NCBI GenBank assembly: GCA_013239625.1
Contig: MU054187.1
Span: 13,238,974-13,302,973 of the forward strand
Direction of reading: 5' to 3'
Source: Lama guanicoe
Taxonomy: Eukaryota
DNA length: 64,000 bases
Position numbers and translations under genes: made by a program. The notes under the pieces are model-generated. The model ran no database searches and was not told where the DNA came from. It saw nothing but the letters and a program-made list of their open reading frames with translations. Shown piece after piece: positions 24,296-38,893 of the stretch (its first letter is position 1; every line of letters starts with the position of its first letter).

Positions 24296-26899
24296 AGAAA
24301 AAACTACAAATTGTAGAAGATTCAGAGAAATGTGATTATGGCAGCATTACTAGTGCATAGAAATCTTATTTTATGAGGAAAGCATTCAGAAGTATAGTTT
24401 TAAACTACTCTTTTCAGTTCTAAACGAAGTTATTAGACTTGGCAAGCTTTGTCTGTTTAGAGATGCTGCTTTGGATCTTTCTTGGCTCCTCTTCCAGTGT
24501 TTACTTCTACTTACTGTGGAGAATTTATTCTATACATCCAATGAGATCATCACCTTAAGGCCCCTTATAACTTTTTACACTTTGTAAGAAAAGCAGCTGA
24601 AATATTGTTCATTATTATTTCCAATCAAATCAGTGGGATTTATTCCAGCCTCTGAGCTGGAGCTCTCCAGGCCTCTGTTGTCAGGGATAAGTATAATTGA
24701 GACCTAACCTAAGCAGGCAACTCTGGTTTCCATTTAAACACATCTCTTCCCTTGCAGAGAGGCAGAAGTGTCCACTTGAACATGCTTTGAACTCTTTTTG
24801 TCTTTTGTTTCTGCTCTTCCCACTGCCTGCTCGATTTCACCCTCCCCCAAGACAAGTACAATTCGAGGTCCTTGCTGAGGATGGGGGTTCTCATTGATGG
24901 AGTAACCCTTCTTGCCCTACCTTGGCCACCAAGTGTACAGCCAGTGTCTCTAAGGTGAAACCCCGGAGGAGAGATGGTAGCAGCAGCAGGTGAGTTACAG
25001 AAACGGAACCTAAAACTACAAGGCTGGGGTCCAGCCATAAATGACATGCCAGTGTTGTAACGCTGCCCATGACATCACATGAAACTCGGTGAGGTTCATT
25101 TCTCTGAGCAATGACTACTTTGAAATAGTCTGAAAAAGGTAACATTGTCCATATTTTTAGGAAAAACTAGATTTTCTTGGTAATGCATTCCAATGCCTCA
25201 CAACGTATAGTGGACAGTCAGATTGGGAGTGGGAATCAGGGCAGCCATGCATAAGCTGTGGACATGACTTGTCTAAGGTCAGTTTCCTCACCTGTAACAT
25301 GGGCCAGAGAGAGGATCTGTTGTAGCACTGCATCACGTAGAGCTACACCACCCTACGTGATAGTACTCCATTATACAACACTTGGGAGGATTAAAAACCA
25401 CAGTGCAAGCAGAGTTATCAACAAATATTAGCTACTCTCATTACTGATCTCTCAGAGCAGTGCTTTCAAGCTTAAAAAAATGTAAAGATCCATTTTAAAG
25501 GAAAACAATTCTAACAGGCTCCAAGTTTTTATTCATATGATTTTAATACTTCTCAAATATGAATGAAAAGAAAACATAAACCCTGTATTTCTATAACCAT
25601 TACACATCTATAAACAAGGATGTGTTTATAAATGAAGCTCAAACCCAAGAAACCAATAAAATTCAAATTAATAAATTAGTTTAATGCTTTGTTGCAAATG
25701 ATACTAGGTGCCAGCACAAATTCTTTTGACATCTTCTGAGTTTGGCCTTCCTAAATTACCACGTGCTATGTGATACTTCCATTTTTCCAGTATTTAAAGT
25801 CTCTCTGAATTATTTCACCTGAATTATTTCAAAACCACGTGTCTGAACACCTTATTGACATACAAAGCTCTCCTCATTTTTTTTTTTTCCGGTTAGCCTG
25901 AAGTTCAGAATTAACCCAATGGCAGCCAATGCTATTGAAAAAGCGAAGGCAAACATGAGCACTGAGGCTGAGAGGCAAAGGCTCAGTGAGAGATGCCCAT
26001 CTAGGTAAGCCAGGGACGGCTTGACTGGCTTTTTAAGATAATCATCTAACTAATGAAAACATAGAAGTAAAATATTTTCACAGAAAACTTGCAAACCTCC
26101 TGGATGAGCTAAATGGACTATGGGTGAGAAACTTAAAATTAATACATCTTGGTTGAAATTGAATAATCATTTTTTAAAGTGCTGGGGGTGGGGACAGTGT
26201 TAGACAATAGTTAAGCAATGTTCTTGATAAATTCCATGAGCTCTACCAAGTGCAAAGCATCACTTTCCATGCTATACCTTTTCACCGAAGGCGAAAGACA
26301 TTTCCTTCCCGGGGCAATAACAGGTCTTCATGGCGTACACATTAATCTGAGAACTCAGAAACTTTGACATAGAATTCTGAGTGCTAATGGTTGTGGGTGT
26401 AAAATGAAGTAATTTATGTGTCAGAGCTAATTAAGATTACAGTGTTTCAAGGCACTTAAAATTCAAGTTCAAAGAACTTTTAGTGCTTTGGTCTGATAGG
26501 TGGTGTCAAGGAGATTTTGAGAGTGCTTCCTGCCTACAGTGATTGGCGCACAGTGGCTCATTCACCACATCCCATAATTAGAATAGAACAAAACTTCACC
26601 CTTACTTCTAGGGGGAACTAAACGTTCTCAAAGATGATTTAGTCATAATTTGCTACAATTTTAGGAAAAAAATAGAAAGCTTTTGTGGGACTTAATTTTG
26701 TTGTGATTCTTTTCATTAGGAAATGGCTTTGATTGAATTAAGCTATATTTCTGATGTAGATGAATTATGCAAGAAGGAGCAGAAAGGAAGACAGAGGGAC
26801 CCTGCAGGGAAACAGTGCAGCTTTATCTCCTAATGCTAAAGACAGTCTTCCCTGGGTGATGTATATACCGTAACTATGTGGTTGCATGGACACTAAGGA

Positions 26900-27250
26900 T
26901 AACAGCAAAACATGCATAATAGTCAAAAATTGGAAATGACAGAAATGTCCAAGACAGTACAATGGTTAATAAATGTGGTATAGTCATATAATGGAAAATT
27001 ACACAACTTGAAAATGAACAAATTACAACTACACACAACATGAATGAATTCTACAAATGGTATTGAGTGAAAGACACTAGACACCGAACAATGCATGCTG
27101 TATGATTTCATTCATATTACATTTAAAACAGGTAGACTAATCTATAATGGTAGAAGTCAGGAGAGTGGTTACTGTAAGGGAGAGAGGACTGACTGATCAG
27201 GCACGAGGGGGTTCTAATGTGATGGCAGGGTTTTATGTTTGAACAATACT
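26900..27250 (+). mobile_element. Old L1M(E) 3' end
   Basis: 'aaatgtggtatagtcatataatggaaa', 'tgtatgatttcattcatat', 'agaagtcaggagagtggttac'. Confidence 0.75.
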
Positions 27251-30200
27251 TACTAAGTGTTCATGACTGAGCTCTTCAATTTCACTTGTTCAGTGGGATT
27301 ATGTCCACCTCAAGAGGTCATGGAAGGGTTAAATAACAATGTGTGTAAAGTGATGCGCATTATACCTTATATGTAATCAGTGCTCAAACAACTATAATTG
27401 TCATTGCTATTATTATCAATGCCATAATGTGCATACAATACGTTTTGAAAACCATGCTCTTAGAAGTGCTTTTTTGAATCTCCATTTAGTGTTACACAAT
27501 TTCTGGCACTGAGGTACATTCCTGAAAATAGCCCTATGAAACCAGCTATAAGGGTATTAGTGAGGACATTGTTTTTTACAGTACACGTGTTCTTTCGATC
27601 AGGACCTACAGAAGAAATTTCCTTCTGATCTCAATAGGAAAATAGAGTAATGGATCTTGGTTATTGTTCAAGTTTAATCTTACATATATTGTGAATCTGG
27701 TAAATAGTTATATCTTTCTTCCTGTCTTGCTATCAATTCTGTACTCTAATTTTATCTAATGTGGAGAGAAAAGATATATTTTCTGGATAAATTCCATTGT
27801 CCTTATTTACTTGATTTTATTTTGTTTTTATTGCATATTAACATAAGCCATCAAATTCTTTTTGGAATAAGGGGAAGGTATAAATGAATAGGTAAAGAAC
27901 AAACAAATGACATTATGTTGCATTCAGTTATGGACACGCCGTTAAAAGTGTACTGAGTAAGTGAATAAAAGAATGATTTGGCATTTGGGGATGACTCCTT
28001 ATGGGTGGCTCACTGGAATCTGAGCAAGGTTTGGGGAAAATAAAAGCCTGTGGTGTGAACAATGGACTGGAATGGATTGAAATGGGAGACAGAAGAAAGG
28101 ATGGAGTTAAAGCCAGGATAATAATGTGGTCTGCAGAACATTCTATACAGAGTGTTTTTGTCACGTTGATCAATAGATGTTTGTGGCTGATGGCGATGGG
28201 GACCAGGGTGACAGCAGTGAAAATGGACAACAAGGGGCAAGTCCAAGTGGAAGAAGTAACAGTCTGAGTGACAAATTACAGAGAAGGCACAAAAAATAAG
28301 AAACCAAGAGTGACTTAAAGATTGCTTTGAGTTTAGGATAAGTATGAGAGTTTTAAGGAACAGCTTGCTGAGGAATAGGTAACCCAAAGCTCAGAAGATA
28401 CATGTAGAAATCTAGGAAATCAGTTTCTTTCTCTGATATAAATCATTTACAAATTTAGAATTTGTGAATTCTGACAATCTAGGCTTTGCATTCCGTACGT
28501 TAAATCACTGGAATGTAAGTTTGCTCTTTTTGGGTTAGGAGGAAGTGGAGACCAGTTAGGAGTGACCAAGGAGAGGGAAAAGGGAAAAAAATCCATTGTG
28601 ATTTTAGTACTTTAAAAACAGAACAAAACATAAAACATGGGTTGTATGATAAAAGTCAATAAAACCATTGTTGCAGTGATCTACAACCATTATTCTTGAT
28701 TGATTTGCTTACTCAAAACTATGTATTAGAATAAACTTCAAGAAAGATGCAATGGTGGGCAGTGGCCTATAGTCCCCGACCTATCAAAGCTTATATTTTG
28801 GGAACACAAGCCTAAATAAATATATCTTAAAAACAAGTCATAATTTATATTGAAGTTTTGAACTTATTGATAAAATGGCTTCCATTCTCTCTTAGGCTGT
28901 AAGAAAATATTTCCCATAAAAATACAAGTTGCTGTCTCTTTACAACCTATTTCGGTAGATTTAACATCACGTTAATATTCACAAAGCAGCATTACTAAAA
29001 TAACAAAGAATTCTCCCTTATTGAGTTTCCTGGAAACTGCCTTCCGTATTTCATCCACACTTCATCTATAATTGGGAAAGGAAAAGTACTAAGTCGATCC
29101 ATTGTACAAGGGGAGAATATACCTTGAATATGAAGTGTTATCACTGTTGACAGTCCAATAAGAGAGACACAGTGGAAGAATTTATGGGAGTTTCTGAAAT
29201 TGGCTGAAGCAATTTTTAACACACTGTATTTCATTCTTGGACAAAACTAAAGCTATATTTCTTACACTTTTTTTTTTTAGAAATCAACATATAGATACTT
29301 CTCCAAAAGTTACTTGACATTATCCAATTCCATTCATTTTAAAACTCCAAGTATTTGACTTTTAGGACTTCTGATTGGGATGTCTGGCCATTTAATAATT
29401 CTAATAGATTTATTGTACAGAGAACATATTTTACAGACAATAAACATTCCATAGTTGCTTAAATGCTGTATGCTTTCAAACTGCCCATGGAGGGTACCTT
29501 CCTAGGGTCCTACATGTTTGCTAGGCAAATAGGGAAACCTTCATAAACTAAACAGCCCTGAGACATTCATGTGCTTTATCTTTCAGTGTCCCCAAGTTTC
29601 ATTTGATTTATGCATCTTTTTTTCTCCCTGTCAGGCAAGTTTCTCAGAAAAAGCTGGAGTCACTTCCCTGTGTCTGCTTAGCCCTAACAAAAAAGTAAAT
29701 CTTATTTTTCCTTTGCTTGAAATACATGTATCAATGAGTTCTTTCACTCAGCAGTCCTGAGGGTCCAGGATAAAAACTGCAGCTTGAGGTGGAGATTTGA
29801 AGAATGTATTTTTAAGAACATATTTTCATTTTGAAGGTGAAGAAGCCAAGTTTAAGTCAATTTCCCAGAGCAGAGTGAGGTTTAGAACTCAGAAGTCATA
29901 CACAAATAGCACACCAACAACGAATGCTGGCTTCTCAATTCGATTTTTCTGAATTCTACATTTTTCCACCTATGGACTGTATCTTTATTTTTCTCTACAT
30001 GTCATCATTGTAACCAATATCTATTTGAGGTTAAATTAGAGCAAGTGTACCCAGTAAGTTGTGAAAATTACTCTAATGTTCTGAGCACAAAATTATTGTA
30101 TTCATTGTAGCTTAAAAAAAATTATCTGGGGCATACTGTTAAATTTTAAATTATTTTAGTTCATCTTTTTATGATTTACATTACTTTTGAAAAAATATTT

Positions 30201-31477
30201 GTCCTCAAAGATATTTTTCAGGATCCACTTTTCTTCCAGGATTGAAATTATAGCAATAACTGGATTATTTAGAGAAATTACAGTGTTTTTTTTTTCATGT
30301 GTCATATGCTTCCTTCCTGTTACTCCTGAAAACGCCCCAGACACAACCCAAAAGCATGAGCAAGGTACAGTCCATTGTCCACACATAGTGTAAGCTGAGC
30401 AAGTGTTTGTTTAGTCTGGAAGAGGAAGAGAAGATAGACAACTGGCCAGTTTGTAGAGAGCTTGCCCTTCAGTTGTTGGAGATGATTTTTGTCCGTGTCA
30501 TTCTCACATTTGGACAGCGTTGATGACCATCTTTTCGTACTTAGAGTGGCTGTTTTCTGCTGTCTTATGCACTGTGACCTCACAGTCTGAAGGCAAGGCC
30601 AGCACATTTTATTTCAGTACTGACCGTCATTCAAGTACCTCATCAGCTGGTTCGAAAAGCAGATCAGCTAACACTCCTTTTTTCCATCATTCTATTTTTT
30701 TAGGTGCAGAACCCAAGACCCAGGAAGTGAAGTAATTTATCCAAAGACACGCGGCAGATTAGTGTTAGAAGTGGTTGTTGAAATAATTTCCAAGCATCAG
30801 ATTCAGTGAAAAAGAAATTTCTCCAAATAGCTGTTTCCTGTCTCTTAAATGCAGCCAACGGCTTTCTATCCGTGCGCACCCTACAGACACAACGTGCACA
30901 CACACACCCACGCGCATTCACCCAAACGTTTTTAAAAGTTAGGAGTCAGCCACTCTTACCAGATTTTCACTTGTTCTACCTTTTCATCACTTTGTTTGGC
31001 ACTTCAGCTTAAGTTTGGAGGTGAGGTTGGCTCTCAGGCCCCAGCCAGGGGCGCAGATGGTGCCCTCCAGGGGCACGTCACCACTTCACCGGCTCCTCGC
31101 GGCCCTCAGGTCCCTCAGGACGACCTACACAGGCTTCCCTCTCTAGCGTCCACATTCTAGCATCTTCCTGACCTGCCCTGTCCCTCACCCTGCCTCACTG
31201 CCCACATACCATACCCTTAACCTGGGTCCCAGTCCTTCAGTCTCCACCAGAGGCCACAGTAGCAGCCGGCAAGGGGGGATGTTAACTTCTGCTCACAAAT
31301 ATTTGTACGTTCACAGGGCCTTCTGCAGGCCACGCCTAGGCCAAAAGACTGACTCCCACACACTGAGGATTTCTGTCACCCAGGCAAAGAGGCCTTTGAA
31401 ATCTTTGACACTAGCCACACTCTTTAGCCAGCCACTTGCCATTTCTCATCATATTTTCCAGTAAAGTTGGATGGTGG

Positions 31478-31857
31478 ATGTTACGGCCAGGGCTGCCATA
31501 ACAAAGTACCACAGACTGGGTGCCTTAAACAACAGAAACGCATTTTCCCACAGGCTAGAAGTCTGAGATCAAGATGTCAGCAGAGTTGCTTTCTTCTGAG
31601 GCCCCTCTCTCTTTGGCATTTAGATGGCTGCCTTCTGCCTGTGTCTTCACACGGCCCCCCTTTGTAACTGTGGGTGTCCTAATGCTCTCTTCTTCCGAGG
31701 ACATCAAAATATTAGATTAGGGCCCATTCTAACGACCTCATTTTAAGTTAACTACCTCTTTAAAGACTCTATCTCCAAATACAGCCATATCCCGAGGTGC
31801 TGGGAGTTAGTGCTTCAACATACGACATAGATGGGGGAGACAGTTCAGTCCACAACG
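31478..31857 (-). mobile_element. MaLR solo LTR (MLT1A/B-like)
   Basis: 'agggctgccataacaaagtaccacagactgggtgccttaaacaacagaaa' and 'tatctccaaatacagcca'. Confidence 0.85.
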
Positions 31858-33199
31858 GACGTGAAGGTCAAAGTCTCAGTTCATCTACTTGTCTTGTATT
31901 CTACCCGGTATCAGAGTAATTCGACAATGAGAGATGACTTAGACTTGTTTTACGTCATGGAACTTCTCTAAAACACTTTGGTTCTAGAATAAAAAGTGAT
32001 ATAATTCAGTTACCGATAGAAATTTTTGCTACCACAGGTGTGCTCTTTCGTATAGTGTTGTGGGCACATATGTTCTAGATCTGCACTAGTTTCAGCTCTT
32101 CAGGATAATCCTTCCACTGAGACATGTTATAAAATATTTTTTTCAAAAATAAATTTGGTATTGCTATTGTCTAAAATTATTTTCCTTTATGTTTTAAAAT
32201 TTTTAAATGTTTACCTAATTATATTTATAATATTAATAATAAAACCTTATTTAACCCATTTGGATTTCCCCCTTAAGTATACTCACAACCATATGTGAAA
32301 ATGTTAATTTCTACACTCAGTAATCTTTATGACTAAAGAAAAAAACTTGATTAATGTCATAATTTATCTTTTCTGCAGTGGTTTGATAAAACATTTGATA
32401 AACCATGGGTCTCTAAGTCATGACTATTTGTGGTTCAATAACCAATGAGGTATTACATTGATGAGAGACAAATTTCTCCATTAAGATAAATACAAACATG
32501 ATCTTCTCCAAGTAAAATATATACTTTAAACAGTAAGAATTGGGATAATTTTAATTTTCTCCTATGATTTTTTTATATTTCCAATACAATGCTATGTTTT
32601 AATTTTATAATTGGAAAATAGAAAAATTTATTTTTTAAAAAGAATAAAAACATTTAAATGTTCAGTATATCTTACAATGGCCCTCTCAAACTAACCATTT
32701 AGCATATTATTCTATGGTCTATTTGTTTCCTAAAGTGGCCAAACTTTATATGACTTTAAAATGGTTGAACTAAATTCTATTACGATTGAGATTGAAGGAC
32801 ATTTAAACACAAACATATTTACGAGGCAATCGTGGGAAAATAATATGCACCCACAAGAGCCCCACAGATTTTCACAGTTTATACACAGACAACTCTGCTC
32901 TGGTTCAGAGAGAATTGCTCCAGGCCATTTTTTATGATTTCTTGTCAACAAATTATACATACTAGACTGACAGCCCGAAGCCCCAGTTTTCTGCTTTAGA
33001 GAACACAGATAGTAAGAGCCACCTCTCCTTCCCCCACGTCTACTGGAGCCCCGTCAGCTCGTAGAGAAGAAAAACACAAGATAGAAACAGAAGGTTCTAG
33101 AAAACTACTTAATAGAGTTAGAAAATATTTTCTTTGTTTAGATTTACTACGAGGGTGAGAAAAACTATGTGGAAAAATCCCGAGAATATGGCAATATTC

Positions 33200-33490
33200 A
33201 TTCATTAATTCAATAAATATTTTTGAGATCTAAGTGGGAGACACAGATAGAGGCCCTGGGACTATGATCAGGAATAGGACAAGGTTCTTGCCCTTGTGGA
33301 ATTTGCAGTCTAGCAGACAAGATAGACAGCAAGTAAGGAACTAAACAACAGGTCATATCAGTATATAGTAATAGTCCAATTAATACAAATAATAGCATAA
33401 TCACATAATTATTTATCGTTAACTACAAAAAGTAATAATTCTATGAAGGAAATTGGGTACTGTGATAACAAAAGGAACCTATTTAAGATA
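33200..33490 (-). mobile_element. L2 3' end
   Basis: 'ttcattcattaattcaataaatatttttgag' tail and 'cttgcccttgtggaatttgcagtctag'. Confidence 0.7.
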
Positions 33491-36119
33491 ACGATTGCAC
33501 TGAGCATAAACGTAATTCTTTGTAGATTTTATATAGGTTGGGGGACTTGTGTTTTGCCCTTTAAATCCAGGGATTGTGCATGCAATGAGAAATCCTAATG
33601 ATACAAAATTAGCTGCATTAAGAAGAACTAATTACGAATTACCCAAAAAAGAGCACTTTTCAGTATTAGGGACATTTTGTTTCTCTAGATTGTTCTCCCC
33701 TTTAATCACATACATACACACAAGTCATCATTTTAAAGTTTTTGCAGCACCTTTGTTTGTTGGAAATCTCAGAAAATTGCCGAACCTTTACTGAGCCCCT
33801 ACAGAGCCATTATAAACCCATTTTGTGAAAGTCACAAGTGGAAGGATGGGTGGAAAAAAGAAAAACAAATTTTGTCACTCATGAAATATGCCTAGATCCA
33901 ACCTTCACTAACCCCATTGTGTAAAACATTCAGAATATTATTGAGAGAAAGCTTACAAGTGTAAATATACTTATTCTCAATGAAATCAACACCATCCGAC
34001 TGATTTGTAACTATTCCCTTAATGCTGCTATAAACTTTATTGCAGTGAAAACACTGGTTCTACAGATTGCTTTCCTCTTCCTCAGGATGTGTTTGACCTT
34101 TGTGGCATTGCCACTATAAATCTCATGGCCCAACAACCCCTTGTCTGCAAGTGATTTCAAGCACTATCATAAAAATGAAACAGACAGACTTAATTTGAGT
34201 TCCAGACTTGAGGAAACTCAACTAAAATATTAGCATAATTTTGCTGAGGACGGAGGAAATTGTTAAAATATGTGTATTAGAGAGTGTCTGCAATTTGATC
34301 CATCTTTTCTGGCTCTTGGGTGCCACCCAGTGATTAACTTAGCGGCAGGTTTCTCAAAGGGTCTGTGGTGCACAGACAGCCGCTGGTCACAGGAGAGCAG
34401 GGGCAGAGATACTAGGTAGGAAGGGCTGAAGTCCTAAATTAAATTTAGGGATTGAAAAAAAATCACTGTTTAGAGATTTTTGTGTCCCATCCAGAAAAAC
34501 CCAGCCTCTCCTGATGTGTTCCTTCCAGACACCCAGACGTCCAGATGATCTGCATGGGAATGAGGAAAATCAGATCTTTGAAACACAGACTGGGTGTGCA
34601 TTACGTAGGAAGAAAAACAGCAAGAAGTAACCGTTACTGGCTTCCCTTTCTTTCCTCATCTTCTTCCCCATCCCTGTTCCACGCTGCCTGGTCCCTCTCC
34701 CCAATTCTGTCCTGAGAGAGAGCTTGAAAAACTCTGCTGTATAAACACAGAGACAGGAGGCTGATTCCACCAGGTGATTATTTTCATCTCATACTTACTA
34801 GACCACTTCTTGCTTTTATAATTCATGAGGTGGAGATAAGAACACACACTGCCCTTAGCCTCACACTCCACAAAAATCAACAACTATCCAGTGTTGTGGT
34901 TGTTTGTCAACAGAGTTCTCTTTCTTTTCATAATATTTGTGGCATATACAACACATTTTACCAAGGATTCATGTTGTTTTTTGGGAGGTAAAGCAATATA
35001 CACTTATCTTGATGGGCCTGTGTTTTCTTTCAGAAAAATATAAGTTTATACATAGTACTTCTCTATAATGATACATATTTTGATTAGTATGTATTATATA
35101 TTACATGTTTTATTGGTATGTATCATATAAAATAGTACATATGTAATTTTATTCATTATGTCTATTTTATATATAATACATAATATTATCTGCTTATTTT
35201 ATCACTTGTCTAGTCTCTCCTGCACTAACTTCTTAAAGGTCCACCCATGTCATGCAGAGGGCAGGGGTAGATCTTACACAGAAGTACCAACAGGACATGG
35301 ATTCCTCAAGCCATTGCGTTTTCTTCCTGCTCCGCAGCTATCATCATGGTTTACAAGGGAGGTAGGATCAGAGGACAGAGAGTTGAAAAAGAAAAAGGAA
35401 ATATATACTGCAAAGGACTAAGAAGGTCCCTATGAATGAGGTGGGAAGGGTGGAGCAGGCTCTGGGATGGGAAACGAGTATCGCCATCGGTCCCCTAGTC
35501 TCCACCGTGTAGCTGCACCATCACCCCCTTCCGCAGAATCTGCTCCCCCCGCCCCACACCCTCTCAGCCCTCTGTCTGCTCTCTCTGCCCTGGATCTACA
35601 GTCTGGCTGAATAAAGCCAAAGGGTGGTGGTGATGGTCACAGCAGGTCCAGACGTTGGCCCGAGGCAGGTAAGGACAGCAAGAGTTCATCTGCAGAAACT
35701 GGATACCACCAAGATGCCGAAGAGCTAAAGCAGTGGCGGATGCCAGATGAACTGGGGACAGACACAAAGACGTCTTCCCTGGAAGAAACCTCTAGAGGAA
35801 CCCCATGGACCTGTGGCCTTCATTCAATGCCATGTTTTGAAGAGGCTGGAGGTCCTCTCAGCCGTATCCCTGTCCTGGCGGTTGTGGTGACACCTTAGGA
35901 GGAAAGGGGGAAAGGGAACTATGTTCTCAGACCCTCTTAGTTACAGGCTGCCTTCTCACAAGGAGGCTGCTTTGCCAAAGCCAAGTTGATGAAGAGACCC
36001 TTACGCTGGTCCACGACTGAGATGCGTGAGACCCCTCCTGATTGTGGTTTCTCACGGTGGTACCACACCAGCAGGGAGATGAAGTGCTTTCGTTTATGAT
36101 GATATCAGACTTTTTAGCC

Positions 36120-36340
36120 AGTTTTACTCATTTATGGACTGTTTACACATGCCAGGCACTGGGCCTGTGCCGTTTAAAACTTAAAACCTCTAAATACATG
36201 TTATTATTATTACCCTCCTACAAATTTGTATAGTTGTGTAAACGGAGGCTAACAAGGTAATAAGTACTTGTCCAAACTCACGTCTCTGGTAACTAGCAGG
36301 TAGGATTCATCTTCTGGCAATTTAACCCCAGAGCCTTTTA
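36120..36340 (-). mobile_element. MIR SINE
   Basis: 'atgccaggcactgggc...aaacggaggct...cttgtccaaactcac...ggattc'. Confidence 0.6.
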
Positions 36341-37689
36341 GTAGCTCATCATTTGACACAATGTTCAAAATAACATATATTATAAATGCTTTAAAAATTG
36401 CAAATTAAAATGAACTGTCTCAATATGGATTAAGCAAACTGACCTAGTCTTAACATGGATTAAATATTAAATAAGCTAATTTCCTTTTTTTAACACCATT
36501 ATAACACCACTGTTTTTGGAAATACACTCTGACTTTGTATCAACTTACAAATAGAATGTTGAAACACAACCAGCTGGTAAGTTGGGTATTAACTACGTAC
36601 ATGATTTACTGGGAAAATTGAGCAAAATCTTTATTTACCACAAAATCTGATCATTTAAATCTGCAATTTCTGAGATCCATTCCAGTCCTGTTTATTAACA
36701 TAAATGTTCACGAAGGTGAATTCTTTTACCTCAGAACTGCTGGCGGTCAAGACTTACTTAAATAGAAGCTTTGGCTTCATCCAATTAGCACATCATTGAA
36801 GCTCTGGGTTTTTACAGTTTAAATCGCAAAAGAAATAACCTGACTCAGAGAGATTTTCAGCCTAGGCTTCCGCAAATCTCTGATTCTCCAATGAAACATT
36901 CAGTGATTTCATTTTGCACAGGCTTTACCCTGATGTATTCACTACGGGCCCCTGAACCCATCCTCACATAATTAACACATTAACATGTTGAGTGAAATTG
37001 TTTTATATCATCCAACTGGATGTCAAACATAATGAGTTTGATTGGAGTATAATTATTATTTGTCCTGGAAAGTTATTGACCAAAACATCCATGTACTGGT
37101 TAATTGCCGACAACAGTGGGTCTCCAGGAATGAAAGAGAAGATTCAGCTGCCATCATATTAATAGGTGAGTGTTTTTCCTGTTTGTTTTAGGAGGAGAGA
37201 ATGATTCCAGCCCATCTAAAAGCAAACTCTCCAAGGAAGAGCTGGACAAAGCCTCATTTCATATCATTTAAATAAAAATTTTACTGAGTCAAAAGGCCAT
37301 CACTGCTATTCTAGGGCTCTGAGTTGCACTGTAACAAGAACTCCAAAGGAGCATGATACATATATACCAGGCTGATGCTGAATTCCAGAACTGGGCCTAA
37401 AATCATAGATCAATATGGTGCTGCCCAAATGCTCAGCTGTGCTCTGGAAACAGACTCATTCCTGGAAGGCCAGGAACTGGCTTCCTTTGGAGCAAGGCAG
37501 CCAAGGATGTTCAGGAAATGGCGACTCAACAATCAGCAACTAACCCCAAGGTTTACCACTTTGGAACTGGACACATGGGCAAGTCGGACAATCACATAAA
37601 TACACAAAAGCAGCCACTTCTTCACTGCTTTGGAGAGGATATGCACCTTCCTCACGTCTGCTCCAGTGTCGTCGTATCAGAGCTTCCCT

Positions 37690-37872
37690 TGACCGCTGAT
37701 CCTCTGCTCCCTCCTCCTGCTTCGTCTGTCTTCAGGGCACTTACCACTACCGAATACATTATTTATATATTTGTTTACTGACAGTTTCCACCAGTTAAAA
37801 TGTCAGGTCTGGGAGGGCAGGGCCTTGGCTCTGGTCACCTAACAAGCATTCAGTGACTGGTGGATGAATGAA
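37690..37872 (+). mobile_element. L2 3' end
   Basis: 'aatgtcaggtctgggagggcagggcc...ggatgaatgaa'. Confidence 0.6.
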
Positions 37873-38761
37873 CTTTGGGGGTCTCAGTCTGTCTCTCTGT
37901 ATAATCTTGTTTGTCAAGATTAAACAGACCTGTGCCTTACACATAGTGGGCACTTTTCTGCATATTTCTCACACTGATTGGAGGGAGAACAGCTTTGCTT
38001 CTGGGAACCTCTGGCTTTTATACCCTCTAATCTACATCATCGGGACCATCAAAACCACAGGCTTTTCTGTCCCATGGGTAGAAAAGACAGTCTGCTCATT
38101 TGTCACCTATTCACTCAACAAACATTTATGCAGCATATGTAGGGACTCCTCTGATACTCTGGGAAGATTTCTCGTAGCTGAAGGTTCTAGAACTTTCGTT
38201 TTTCCTGGGCCCAGAATGTGCCTGAAGCTGGATGCTGCCCCTCATCCTTCCCGGTCTGGCCTGAAACCTGCAGCAGCCTCCGCAGGGAGGGCCCTGCTTA
38301 TTTTCCGCAGCTTCTTGTTGGCATGAGAGCGATGCTGTTTTATGTTTCCCTACTTAGTGAGAGCGAACCTAATTTCTTTCTTAAGCTACTTCATCTAGAA
38401 AATCTTATTTTCCTCAGGGAAAATGACAGCAAAGAATTTGATTTCAATTGTAGTAGCAGTAACCCTTGTTCTAGCCCCAGAATTCTTAGCAAAACCTCTT
38501 GTTTGTAATAGAAACGGGCAAAATTAGTGAGGAAAGCAACCACTAAAATATGGTCTTGTCTTAAACACTTGTGCAGCCATTAAATCTGGATTGAGTTAGC
38601 CAAGGTACCTCCTGATGTGTATCTCAGCAAAACAGATTCTTTTTTGCATTCACGTGGAGAGAGCTGTAGCATCAATCTCTTCCAGCAATTGCTCTCACAG
38701 TATCCTTAAGTCAATCACATTCTCATCTGGCTAATTATTCACTTCAGAAAGATGAGGTATG

Positions 38762-38893
38762 AGGGGGAGGATATAGCTCAAATGGTAGAGCGCCTGCTTA
38801 GCTTGCACTAGGTCCTGGGTTCATTCCCCAGTACCTCCACTGAAAAAGTAAAAAAAAAACAAAAAAACCTAATTACCTCCCCTCTGCAAAAAA
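38762..38893 (+). mobile_element. tRNA-derived SINE, camelid vic-1 type
   Basis: A box TAGCTCAAATGG, degenerate B box GGTTCATTCCC, A-rich middle, 'cctaattacctcccc' 3' part, A tail; TSD AGAAAGAT(G/A)AGGTA at 38746-38759 and 38894-38907. Confidence 0.85.

Noticed and set aside
37868..38326. 152-aa + strand ORF
   Set aside because: Begins in an L2 tail and crosses L2-like sequence; no recognisable homology
38762..38838. tRNA gene
   Set aside because: Degenerate B box, SINE body, A tail and TSD show a retroposed SINE
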